Below are positions 1 through 7,663 of a DNA stretch of 64,000 nucleotides, one piece after another. Where the stretch lies: IMG/VR virus record IMGVR_UViG_2767802108_000001, positions 1-64,000 of that record. One strand, given 5' to 3'. Within the stretch, counting starts at the first letter, position 1; every line of letters starts with the position of its first letter. Below the pieces are notes generated by a model that saw only the letters and a program-made list of their open reading frames with translations, was not told the origin of the DNA and made no database searches. The position numbers and the translations under genes are program-made. The DNA is from a virus. Its lineage: Duplodnaviria; Caudoviricetes.

Positions 1-19
1 GTCTCGGGGAGAACCTCTC

Positions 20-733
20 GTGCGCCGGGTGTTCGCTGGCGAAGCAGGCTCAGGAGCACTTGGAGGAGTACCGGTGACGGCGGGTGGGTCGACGGCGGGT
101 GAGGCCGCCCGCCTCCACGCGGCCGCCCGGCGCGGCTGGTGGCGGACCGTCCTCCGCTGGTTCGGCGTCAACACCGTGGACCGACGTCTCGAGGCCGCCG
201 CAATCCGACGTGACCACGGACGCCTCGGGGAGGAGTGGACCGCAGCCCTGCTGACCCGATTACCGGACGGATGGACGGTTCTCCATGACCTGCGGGTGCC
301 GGGTCGCTGCTTCAACTTGGATCACGTGCTGATACCGCCGTCGGGTGCCGGGTTGATTGTGCTGGACTCGAAGAAGTGGCACGCCCAACGGTCGACGACG
401 CTGGTGCGGGGTCGGGTGTACTGCGGGCAGGAGGACCGGCACGTACAGGTGGAGAAGGTCGCCGGGTACGCGTCCGCGGTCGCCCGTGCTCTGGGGGTGC
501 CGGCGTCGATGGTGATGCCGATGCTGGTCGTCCACGGTTCCCCAGTCGCCCCTGGGGGCCGTCTGGACGTGTCTGTGCCGGGCTGGGAGCGGATGGTGCA
601 CGTGCTGGGCGCGGACCGGCTGCTGGACGTGCTGGCGGGCATGCCGGGCGGAAGGGGTCCGGTACAGCCCAACGCGCTGGTGCTCGCGGCGCGGGCGCGC
701 AGGGTGCTTCCCGACTACGGTAGTGCGGCGTAG
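20..733 (+). CDS. NERD (nuclease-related domain) protein
   Basis: G-x-x-GE...WTVLHDL...NLDHVLI...LIVLDSKKW NERD pattern; true start may be GTG ~74 after GGAGGAG. Confidence 0.85.
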   Translation: MRRVFAGEAGSGALGGVPVTAGGSTAGEAARLHAAARRGWWRTVLRWFGVNTVDRRLEAAAIRRDHGRLGEEWTAALLTRLPDGWTVLHDLRVPGRCFNLDHVLIPPSGAGLIVLDSKKWHAQRSTTLVRGRVYCGQEDRHVQVEKVAGYASAVARALGVPASMVMPMLVVHGSPVAPGGRLDVSVPGWERMVHVLGADRLLDVLAGMPGGRGPVQPNALVLAARARRVLPDYGSAA

Positions 734-840
734 CCTGACCGGACCGCATAGGGGGCACCCACGGCTTCGCAGTCGGATGCGGTACGAGAGGGCCTGCTGC
801 TGGGGGAGTCCCCAGGTGGCGGGCCCTTTTCGTCGGCCCG

Positions 841-861
841 TACGATCGAACACATGAACGA
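841..861 (+). promoter_or_regulatory. -10 box (TACGAT) and LexA SOS box overlapping a leaderless start
   Basis: TCGAAC-ACAT-GAACGA (846-861) resembles the actinobacterial TCGAAC-N4-GNNCGA box; the ATG at 854 lies inside it. Confidence 0.7.
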
Positions 862-1198
862 TCTGCCCCCGGAAGAACGTCTTTCAAAGCAGCGTGTCCT
901 GCGGGAGTGGCTGGCCTGGCAGCTACGGACCACGGACGCGACGATTCGCACGCTTGAGGCGGAGGTGGAGCAGGCGAAGCGGAAGGCGCAGCGTGCGTTC
1001 GCTGAGGCGCGGTGGAAGCTGGAGCCGACGCGGGACCGGCGGACGGTGTTGCATCGGGGTGGGTGCGGGCTTTGGAAGGGCGAGCACGGTTATCTGGAGC
1101 GGGCGGAGGTGGCGGAGGCGTTGGCGGACGAGACGCTGGTCGTGGAGATGTGCGGCGTGTGCAACCCGGGGCCCGGCCTGGAGGGCGGCGTAGGCTGA
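854..1198 (+). CDS. DUF6233-like protein (coiled coil plus H/C zinc site)
   Basis: LHRGGC...EVAEAL...CGVCNP pattern typical of Streptomyces DUF6233. Confidence 0.75.
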   Translation: MNDLPPEERLSKQRVLREWLAWQLRTTDATIRTLEAEVEQAKRKAQRAFAEARWKLEPTRDRRTVLHRGGCGLWKGEHGYLERAEVAEALADETLVVEMCGVCNPGPGLEGGVG

Positions 1199-1204
1199 CA
1201 TGCG

Positions 1205-1239
1205 AGCGCCCCCGCCTGCTTTCCTCAGGCGGGGGCGCT
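1205..1239. terminator. Bidirectional hairpin closing cassette array 1
   Basis: AGCGCCCCCGCCTG-ctttcct-CAGGCGGGGGCGCT, 14-bp stem between convergent genes. Confidence 0.8.
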
Positions 1240-1259
1240 TCTGCCTATGGGCTCGGGTC

Positions 1260-1544
1260 TCACTTCTCGGTGGCGCGGTGGCGGCGTGCCCGCTGGTGTG
1301 CGGTGCAGTTGTGGGCGGGCAGGGTCTCCAGCGTCTCGGTGCGGACCAGGGTCCCGCAGTCCGAGCACGGGATACGGCCGGTACGCTCCCACTCCCGTTC
1401 CTCCTGCTGGTCGGCCTCGGCGCGGAGGGCGGCGGCCTTCTCCAGCCACATCCGCTCATCGTCGGTACGCGGCCCGGCGATGAGCGGGGGCACGCGGCTT
1501 TCCAGTTCGGCGGCGCGAGCGCGGAGTTCGGTCGGAGTGCTCAT
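1260..1544 (-). CDS. Small hypothetical protein with CxxC...HxC zinc motif, ends ATEK
   Basis: ATG 1544 preceded by GAGGACACCAACC; RIPCSDCG...HNC. Confidence 0.7.
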   Translation of the reverse strand: MSTPTELRARAAELESRVPPLIAGPRTDDERMWLEKAAALRAEADQQEEREWERTGRIPCSDCGTLVRTETLETLPAHNCTAHQRARRHRATEK

Positions 1545-1574
1545 GGTTGGTGTCCTCACTTCTCGGTGGCGCGG
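1545..1574 (-). repeat. ATEK-stop/RBS junction repeat (other copies at 1260, 56930, 57190, 57438)
   Basis: Minus strand GCCACCGAGAAGTGAGGAC(A/G)CC(G/A)ACC-ATG. Confidence 0.9.
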
Positions 1575-1777
1575 TCGGTTCGGGCTCCGCGTCCGGGACG
1601 GTTGGCATGGGCCGTTTTCACTTCGTCCGGGTCGTACAGGGAGTGGGCGCGGCCGTGGCTGTCGATGCGGCGTTCTACGGCTTGGACTCCCCAGCGGGAG
1701 AGGGTGCCGCGTGCGCTGCTGGGCTTGATGCCGAGGTGTTCGGCGACTTGTTTGATGGTCCAGAGGTCGTCGGTCAT
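1556..1777 (-). CDS. Small HTH DNA-binding protein (excisionase/MerR-like), ends ATEK
   Basis: LWTIKQVAEHLGIKPSSAR HTH; RPGRGARTD tail. Confidence 0.8.
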   Translation of the reverse strand: MTDDLWTIKQVAEHLGIKPSSARGTLSRWGVQAVERRIDSHGRAHSLYDPDEVKTAHANRPGRGARTDRATEK

Positions 1778-1779
1778 GG

Positions 1780-2019
1780 TCAGTCGAGGAGGCCAGCTTC
1801 GCCGAGGGAGTCGAGGACGGCCTCCAAGTCTCGGTTGATCTTCAGTTCGGTCTCTCGCACGTCCATGAAGGCCCTCGCCGTGGCGTTGGGGGTGTGGATC
1901 TTCGCGATTTCGATGGCGAACTGGTTGTAGAAGGAGATCATGTCTTCGTGGTCAGTGATGAACTTGGCGGCGAGGCGGAGCGCGGCGAGTTCCTTCTCGT
2001 TGATGGTGACGTTGGACAT
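1780..2019 (-). CDS. Hypothetical protein (first gene of array 1)
   Basis: ATG 2019 with AGGAGGACACC RBS. Confidence 0.7.
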   Translation of the reverse strand: MSNVTINEKELAALRLAAKFITDHEDMISFYNQFAIEIAKIHTPNATARAFMDVRETELKINRDLEAVLDSLGEAGLLD

Positions 2020-2068
2020 GGTGTCCTCCTGTGCGTTGGGGCTTGGGTTGGCCCCTTGACGTGACATC

Positions 2069-2098
2069 ACTATGCATCACGTGCTGCATAGTTGGCAA
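2069..2098 (-). promoter_or_regulatory. Sigma70-type promoter TTGCCA-N18-CATAGT with a 24-bp palindromic operator
   Basis: ACTATGCA-tcacgtgc-TGCATAGT (2069-2092) spans the spacer and -10. Confidence 0.65.
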
Positions 2099-2268
2099 GA
2101 GGGTCGGTCGCCCTTCGCCGAATTCTCTGATGGATCCCTGAACGCACGTCCGCGCCGGCCGCGACGGGGGATGCGCGGACGGGGTGGACGGGGTACGTCT
2201 CCGGGGGCCTCTACCCCTCTGCGGCGTTGATTCTGACTGCGTCCATGTCGTGATGTGGAAGCTCTTCA

Positions 2269-2541
2269 TCAAGCCCTTCTCGACCGCCCGGCAGGGCGAC
2301 TCATTGCCCATCGTTCGCGGGGCGTGGTGCCACCCCAGACGCCTTGCCGATCAGTGATACCTAGGCTGCCCTCGTTGACCAGCGCCCAGGCTAGGCAGGC
2401 GTCGATAGTCGGGCACCGACGGCAGATGGCTTTCGCCTGCTCGATCTGTGTTTGGTACTGGAGCGATTCACCGCGAGGATCGAAGAGGTCTGGATCCTCG
2501 CGGCGGCATTCGGCGTCGGCGTACCAGTTGGGTGCAGTCAT
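2269..2541 (-). CDS. whiB: WhiB-family Fe-S transcription factor
   Basis: C...CxxC-x5-C cysteines and GVWGG turn. Confidence 0.93.
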   Translation of the reverse strand: MTAPNWYADAECRREDPDLFDPRGESLQYQTQIEQAKAICRRCPTIDACLAWALVNEGSLGITDRQGVWGGTTPRERWAMSRPAGRSRRA

Positions 2542-2554
2542 GACCGTGAGACCT

Positions 2555-3037
2555 TCAGATGCTGCGGGAGATCGCACGGATCTGGCGGGCGGCGTGGCTG
2601 GCGTTGCCCTCCGCGTCACGGAGCACTCGGTTGGCCCTCACTCGCAGCGCCTCGGCGGTGCTGGGCTTCATCATCTTGGCGGCGACCTTGGCGTCGCAGA
2701 GTTCCACGAGCGCGTCGCGGACTTCGGTGAAGAGGCCGATCATCTTGCTCTGCCATGCGATCTGGCCGCTGCGGGATGCCGGGGCGGTCGACGTCTTGAG
2801 TGCGGTGTATGCCTTGATCAGTCGCGCATTGGCGGCTTGCACGCGGGCCTCTCGGCGGTTTTGGGCGGTCGAGTAGAGAGCGCCCCAGAGGTAGTTCTGG
2901 TTGGCGGATTCGACGTAGTAGCTGCCGTCAGTGTCGATGCGGATCATTCGCTGCCACTGGTTGTCGAGCGCCCGGACGTCGTCGTCGGTGGCGTTGACCT
3001 GTGCTGCGATGTCGCTGACGAGAATCTTGTTGTCCAT
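2555..3037 (-). CDS. Hypothetical protein
   Basis: 160-aa ORF with RBS and its own promoter. Confidence 0.7.
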   Translation of the reverse strand: MDNKILVSDIAAQVNATDDDVRALDNQWQRMIRIDTDGSYYVESANQNYLWGALYSTAQNRREARVQAANARLIKAYTALKTSTAPASRSGQIAWQSKMIGLFTEVRDALVELCDAKVAAKMMKPSTAEALRVRANRVLRDAEGNASHAARQIRAISRSI

Positions 3038-3057
3038 TTCCTTCTCCCCTGCTCAAG

Positions 3058-3109
3058 GGTGGCTTGCCACCTCTACTATGGCAGGCCTTTTGACGGGTGG
3101 CAAGCCACC
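3058..3109. promoter_or_regulatory. Two palindromic operators GGTGGC-(TT/AA)-GCCACC flanking promoter TTGCCA-N17-CATAGT
   Basis: 3058-3071 and 3096-3109 are exact reverse complements, between divergent genes. Confidence 0.75.
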
Positions 3110-3124
3110 TGAGAGGATCGGTCC

Positions 3125-3313
3125 ATGGCCAACGTCCACAGGCACAAGCAGCGCGTCCTACGCGGCATCGACGACGACCTCGCAACAACCTTTGACGCCG
3201 CCGCACGTGCCGCAGGAAGCGACCGCAGCAACATCACCCGCCAACTCTGGGAGTGGTACGTCGGACGGCCGGGAGTGGACCTCCCAGAGCGACCCGCGCA
3301 GCCGAAGGTGTGA
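3125..3313 (+). CDS. Ribbon-helix-helix (CopG/Arc-like) repressor
   Basis: RVLRGIDDDLATTFDAAARAAGSDRSNITRQLWEWYV. Confidence 0.75.
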   Translation: MANVHRHKQRVLRGIDDDLATTFDAAARAAGSDRSNITRQLWEWYVGRPGVDLPERPAQPKV

Positions 3314-3321
3314 ACGCACGA

Positions 3322-3357
3322 CCGCCCCATCACGACGGGGGACGCGTGATGGGGCGG
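3322..3357. terminator. Hairpin between the RHH gene and the tRNA-like gene
   Basis: CCGCCCCATCACG...CGTGATGGGGCGG 13-bp stem. Confidence 0.7.
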
Positions 3358-3368
3358 AAGGCGGACCG

Positions 3369-3448
3369 CAGCCCAGGCCGGACTCGAACCGGCGACCTCG
3401 GAGTCACAAAGACGGCCGTACCGCGCTCTGCCGCTGAGCTACCGAGCT
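3369..3448 (-). tRNA. tRNA-like gene with atypical enlarged anticodon arm (identity uncertain)
   Basis: Acceptor AGCTCGG/CTGGGCT, D-arm TAGCTCAGCGGCAGAGC, T-arm GCCGG-TTCGAGT-CCGGC; anticodon region about 8 nt too long; no encoded CCA. Confidence 0.75.
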
Positions 3449-3457
3449 GCTCCACCC

Positions 3458-3480
3458 AGCATGGCACGCGCCACTGACAA
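3458..3480 (-). promoter_or_regulatory. RecA-NDp/PafBC-type DNA-damage promoter for the tRNA-like gene
   Basis: TTGTCAGTG-N8-CATGCT on the minus strand, ~10 nt upstream of the tRNA 5' end. Confidence 0.6.
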
Positions 3481-3497
3481 AGGTCCCCCGAACGCGG

Positions 3498-4271
3498 TCA
3501 GCCCTGCCGCAGCACGTAGTTCGCGAGCAACTGCCGCAGACCCGGCAGATCGAAGTCCTTCGAGAACTTCCCCGGCTCCGTGAAGTTGTAGGCCACCGGA
3601 CCCGTCGTCTCCTCCACCGTGGGCCAGGGCAGGCCACGGTTCGGGGAGCACATGACGGGCTTCAGCCAGTCCTTGGCGACGCATTCGCCGGCTTCCACGG
3701 TGCCGTCCCTGTCGATGTCGGTGTTGGGGTGGTCGAGGCCGAGGATGTGCCCGAGTTCGTGTGTGGAGGCGTCCTTGCGGCGGGCTTCGTTCACGGCCGG
3801 GTCGGGGCCGAACCAGGTGGGGATGGTCCAGTACTCGGAGTCCATGAGGATGTGCCCGCCCCACGCGGAGCCGTTGCCGGTGGCGTAGCAGGGGCGGGCT
3901 TGGGACATGCCGGGCTGGCCGAGGGGCTGGTGCAGGTAGTGGACGACGATGCGGTGCCGGGGCGGGCACGTGCCGAGCGGTGTGAGGTCGAGGGTGGTGG
4001 TGACGGTGATGGGGACGCCGACGGACCGGGTGACCTGCGCGGCCGGCAGCAGGAAGTACTTCGCGAGCCTGGTGCGGGCGGTGGTGTCGGCGAACACGAT
4101 CTCGTACGGGTCTGGGCTGAGGCTGTAGATGCCTTCGGTGGTGAGGGCTTTCCAGCCGGTGCCGCTGTAGACGGGGCTGGTGAGGGTGGCGGCGGTGAGA
4201 GCGAGGACGCCGCCGAGGGCTCCGAGGAGTGTGGTGAGGGCACGGACGGTTCGGGAGGGTTTGCGAGGCAT
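3498..4271 (-). CDS. Secreted metzincin (M10/matrixin-like) zinc metallopeptidase
   Basis: N-terminal signal/TM segment; HELGHILGLDH zinc motif; PVMC Met-turn. Confidence 0.85.
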   Translation of the reverse strand: MPRKPSRTVRALTTLLGALGGVLALTAATLTSPVYSGTGWKALTTEGIYSLSPDPYEIVFADTTARTRLAKYFLLPAAQVTRSVGVPITVTTTLDLTPLGTCPPRHRIVVHYLHQPLGQPGMSQARPCYATGNGSAWGGHILMDSEYWTIPTWFGPDPAVNEARRKDASTHELGHILGLDHPNTDIDRDGTVEAGECVAKDWLKPVMCSPNRGLPWPTVEETTGPVAYNFTEPGKFSKDFDLPGLRQLLANYVLRQG

Positions 4272-4322
4272 GCCCTTCAGTCTGGGCACGAAACCGGCAC
4301 CCGTTCCCACCGCTCGATAGGG

Positions 4323-4736
4323 CTACCGGGGCACCCAGAACCCTTCCCCGTCACCGATCAGGTGAAGGCGGCACGCCTGACAGATGCCCGGGGCCCGGTC
4401 CGGCGGGTCCTCCATCCTCGGCGTCTCCACCACTTCCGGATGCGGGCACCAGTTCTCAAGGACGTGCCACACCCACTGCCCGTCTGGGGAGATGGCGGTG
4501 CCTCTGTGGCTGCCGATCACGTCGAAGCCGAGGTGGGTGGGGATGGGCTGGCCGGTGCCGACGATCTGGAAGCTGCGCCGCATCGGCTCCATGCTGTCGG
4601 GGCGGGGCTGGTACCAGACGTCCACGGCGCCAGGTCGACGGACCGCGGTGTGGAGGATCTCCCCGGTGAGGTCGATGCCGTGGGGTCGGTCGTCGATGGG
4701 AAGTTCCGTGCGGTGGATGACGGCTTGCTGAGTCAC
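4323..4736 (-). CDS. Phage hypothetical protein (DUF7352-like)
   Basis: RSFQIVGTGQPIP...WVWHVLE motif. Confidence 0.65.
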   Translation of the reverse strand: MTQQAVIHRTELPIDDRPHGIDLTGEILHTAVRRPGAVDVWYQPRPDSMEPMRRSFQIVGTGQPIPTHLGFDVIGSHRGTAISPDGQWVWHVLENWCPHPEVVETPRMEDPPDRAPGICQACRLHLIGDGEGFWVPR

Positions 4737-5146
4737 GGCTTCAGTCCTTCCGTCTCATAGGCCAGGTTGAGGACGGCGCGGAGCCGGGCCCGCTCGATGT
4801 ACGTGTTGGCTTCGCCTTCCTCGTCGGCGAGGGCCTTCACGCGGTCCAGGACGGCGAGGAGTTGGTCGCGGGGGGGTTTCCGGTACGGCTCCCACCAGTC
4901 GGGCGGCTCCACCAGGAGCGGCGTCGTGCGGCATTCGATGGCTACGCCGTCGCCGCGTTCGTTGACGTGCTTGCGGCCCTGGGCGTCTTTGGCGCACGCC
5001 TCGTAGACGATGACGCGGGTGCCGTCGCTGGCGGTGTCGAGGTAGACGTCGGCGTCCAGGAGGACATCACCGGGGTCAATGTGGTTGGCGGTGAGCCAGG
5101 CGCAGTAGGCCTCACGGCGCTCGCTGTAGTCCTTGTGGCTGGGCAT
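4733..5146 (-). CDS. Hypothetical protein
   Basis: Translationally coupled ORF, high GC3. Confidence 0.65.
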   Translation of the reverse strand: MPSHKDYSERREAYCAWLTANHIDPGDVLLDADVYLDTASDGTRVIVYEACAKDAQGRKHVNERGDGVAIECRTTPLLVEPPDWWEPYRKPPRDQLLAVLDRVKALADEEGEANTYIERARLRAVLNLAYETEGLKP

Positions 5147-5547
5147 CAGACGCCGTCCCGTTGGATTCGGGTGATGCGGTCCATCTCGCGGGTGACGTCG
5201 CCGATCTCCTGGTTGCCGAGGTAGACGCTGGCACTGAAGCGGTCCTCTGTGTCGGTCAGCGCGACCTGCGGATACCGCAGCTTCTCGCCCCGTTCGTTAC
5301 GGCTGACGGTCCCGTCCAGAGGGCGCGGCCGTTGCGTACCGAGGGATTCGGGGACGCCGCTGAAGGTGATGAGGTGGGGGCCAGCCTCGATGCAGATGTT
5401 GAGCGGGGCGGTGACGACGATGCGGCCCTTGTAGAGGGCGACGGGGTCGGTGCCGATGTAGGCGACGGTGTCTCCGACGTGGAGGGGGCGTCCGCTGTAG
5501 TCGACGGCGAGTGGCGTGGGTGTGGTGGTGGCCTGGGAAGGGGTCAT
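5146..5547 (-). CDS. Hypothetical protein
   Basis: ATG 5547; coupled to the next gene. Confidence 0.6.
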   Translation of the reverse strand: MTPSQATTTPTPLAVDYSGRPLHVGDTVAYIGTDPVALYKGRIVVTAPLNICIEAGPHLITFSGVPESLGTQRPRPLDGTVSRNERGEKLRYPQVALTDTEDRFSASVYLGNQEIGDVTREMDRITRIQRDGV

Positions 5548-5649
5548 GCGTCTACGGTCGCGCGGTTCGGGCCGACCGTTCCCCCTGCACGACAAGGCCC
5601 GGCAGCGTTGGGGGCGTGCTGCCGGGCCGGTCTACCGTGCGGTGGGGGG

Positions 5650-5883
5650 TCAGCCCCACCACGTGTCTGCGGGACGCGCCGTGGTCCCGCCGGGGGCCGG
5701 GTCGGCGGGCTGGAGACCCCACCACGTGTCATCCGTGCCGTCGGTGCCGGGCGTTGCGGGTTCGGTGACGGTCGGGGTGCCGGTGGTGTCGTCGGCGGCC
5801 GCCGCACCGGCCATGGTGAGGCTGCCGCCGGCGAGTGCCGCGGTGAGGAACAGGGCGGCGGTGAGTCGCTTGAGTGGCTTCAC
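5650..5883 (-). CDS. Secreted 77-aa propeptide with two DTWWG repeats (putative signalling peptide precursor)
   Basis: AGAAAGG RBS plus GTG; Sec signal KPLKR-hydrophobic-AAAA; internal DDTWWG and C-terminal ADTWWG. Confidence 0.8.
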   Translation of the reverse strand: MKPLKRLTAALFLTAALAGGSLTMAGAAAADDTTGTPTVTEPATPGTDGTDDTWWGLQPADPAPGGTTARPADTWWG

Positions 5884-6162
5884 GGTGGGGCCTTTCTGTA
5901 ATGGTGCCGGAACGTGTAGTGGGGCGCCTGGCCCGAATTCTCGCTGCTGTCCATCCTGCTGCGAATCCCTTTGTCTCAAACGGCTGTTACCTGGCAGTAG
6001 TCGTTTGGGGTGTGGGGAGGATGTTGGCTACGAGCGTCGGGGGACGCCCCACGGCCACTGTGTCGTACGCTGGTTGGGTCTTCCAGGGTTTGATCGTGCG
6101 GGTGTTCGCAGTGCAGGAAGACGCAATCGATCACGGGGATTTCAGCGGGGGATACGAGACCT

Positions 6163-7263
6163 TTGGCCATAACCAGTGCGCACGGTAGCGGTCGGGAATT
6201 GTCGGCGGAGGCCCTGCGGCTTTTCGGCGCCTGCGCCATACGGGATATCGAACAAGTCGAGCGGATCACTACCGCGCACCCCACTGCGCAGACCGAACTG
6301 CTGGACTGGGGGCTGATCACCCTCGAGGACCAGCCCGGCGGCGTCCCCGGAGTCCGGGACCCGAAGCAGGCCGTGCAGCAGCGGACGGCCGAGCTGTTCG
6401 CCGAAGCCGAGGCCCGCGTCGCACTGCTCCGGCAGCTCCCGGACATTGCCTCCCAGCTGTCCCAGCACTACGAAGCCGTACAGCTCCGCGTGGCGGGCTG
6501 CGCGTCCGTGTACCTGGACAGTGGCGAGGCCGCGAACGCACGGTTGCAGGACGTGGTGGGTGGGGCGCAGCGGGAGATCCTCGCCGCGCAGCCCGGCGGG
6601 CCCCGCGACCAGGCCCTGCTGGACAAGGCGATGCCGCGGGACTCGGCTGCTCTGGACCGCGGCGTGGTCCTGCGGACCGTGTACCGGGACACGGTGCGGG
6701 ACCATGCTCCGACGGCCGGCTACGTGCAGGCGATGACGAACCGCGGGCCGGGCCGGTCGGCGCAGTACCGGACCCTGCCGGGCAAGTTCGAACGGATGAT
6801 CATCGTGGATAGGGAGGCTGCGGTCGTCCCCGACTACATCGTCGCCGAATCACCGCCGCACGCCGCGTGGCTGATCACTGATCCTGCCGCGGTCGCCGTG
6901 CTGGCTCGCGCTTTCGAGCAGACGTGGATGCGGGCGGAACCCTGGGTGGGGGATCTTCGTACCCGCGGGGATGCCCGGGACACGGTGGGGTCGGCGGCTT
7001 CCGCGATGGTGGGGGTGCGGACGACGCGCCGTCAGCGGGAGATCATGCGGAACCTGTGTACGCCTGCGTCGCATTCCACGATCGCCCGCCGGTTCGGGGT
7101 GTCGGATCGGAAGTTCGCCGACGAGGTTGCCGCGTTGAAGGCGTTGTGGGGGGTGTCGACGATGAACGAGTTGATCTATCAGTGGGCGTTGTCGGTGGAC
7201 AACAAGGCAGACGACAGCGCCCCCACCGGGCCGGTGGGGGCGGAGTACGAGCAGACAGCCTGA
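6163..7263 (+). CDS. TrmB-like/PLD-fold sensor with C-terminal LuxR HTH transcriptional regulator
   Basis: AQPGGPR, RGVVLRTVY, RMIIVDREAAVV, FEQTWMRAEPW core; TRRQREIM...IARRFGVSDRK LuxR HTH. Confidence 0.85.
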   Translation: MAITSAHGSGRELSAEALRLFGACAIRDIEQVERITTAHPTAQTELLDWGLITLEDQPGGVPGVRDPKQAVQQRTAELFAEAEARVALLRQLPDIASQLSQHYEAVQLRVAGCASVYLDSGEAANARLQDVVGGAQREILAAQPGGPRDQALLDKAMPRDSAALDRGVVLRTVYRDTVRDHAPTAGYVQAMTNRGPGRSAQYRTLPGKFERMIIVDREAAVVPDYIVAESPPHAAWLITDPAAVAVLARAFEQTWMRAEPWVGDLRTRGDARDTVGSAASAMVGVRTTRRQREIMRNLCTPASHSTIARRFGVSDRKFADEVAALKALWGVSTMNELIYQWALSVDNKADDSAPTGPVGAEYEQTA

Positions 7264-7267
7264 CCGG

Positions 7268-7663
7268 TCAGTGCAGCCCCCAGAACGGCTTGAAGCAGGA
7301 GTCCATGCACGCCTTGCCGTCATGCGGGAGCCTCACGCCCTCAGCCGTCTCCGTGTCACCTTGGATGTCGTCGTAGTCGAATCGGGTGAGGGCCCGCCAG
7401 TACCATTCGCCTTTCCTGGTGAGCCAGGCGCCGTCGATGGTCGACCCGTGTTCGATGAGGCCGGCGTTGTCCAGGAGTCCGAGGATCAGATAGCGGGCGC
7501 CGTCGTGGGGGAGCAGCGTGCGTACGGCGTCCTTGGTACGGAACGCGGTCAGGATGTCGCGGACCAGGTCGTAGGAGTCTTCGGGAAACCCGCAGCACAG
7601 GTTGAGATCCTCGTAGATGAGCTTGTAGACGTGGTCGCGGACGTGTTCGGCGGTGATGGTCAC
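7268..7663 (-). CDS. Hypothetical protein (winged-helix-like)
   Basis: LDNAGLIEHGSTIDGAWLTRKG. Confidence 0.65.
   Translation of the reverse strand: MTITAEHVRDHVYKLIYEDLNLCCGFPEDSYDLVRDILTAFRTKDAVRTLLPHDGARYLILGLLDNAGLIEHGSTIDGAWLTRKGEWYWRALTRFDYDDIQGDTETAEGVRLPHDGKACMDSCFKPFWGLH

Noticed and set aside
3369-3448. tRNA as a prophage attachment site
   Set aside because: No duplicated tRNA 3' end was seen in the window, and phage-like genes lie on both sides.
5650-5883. DTWWG precursor as a RiPP (e.g. Trp-crosslinked)
   Set aside because: It has a Sec signal peptide and no radical SAM, P450 or other modifying enzyme nearby; not fully excluded if host enzymes act in trans.
6112-6138. TGCA-N6-CGCA / ATCACGGGG as the LuxR binding site shared with ~57986-58001
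   Set aside because: The match is too short to distinguish from chance without a motif search.
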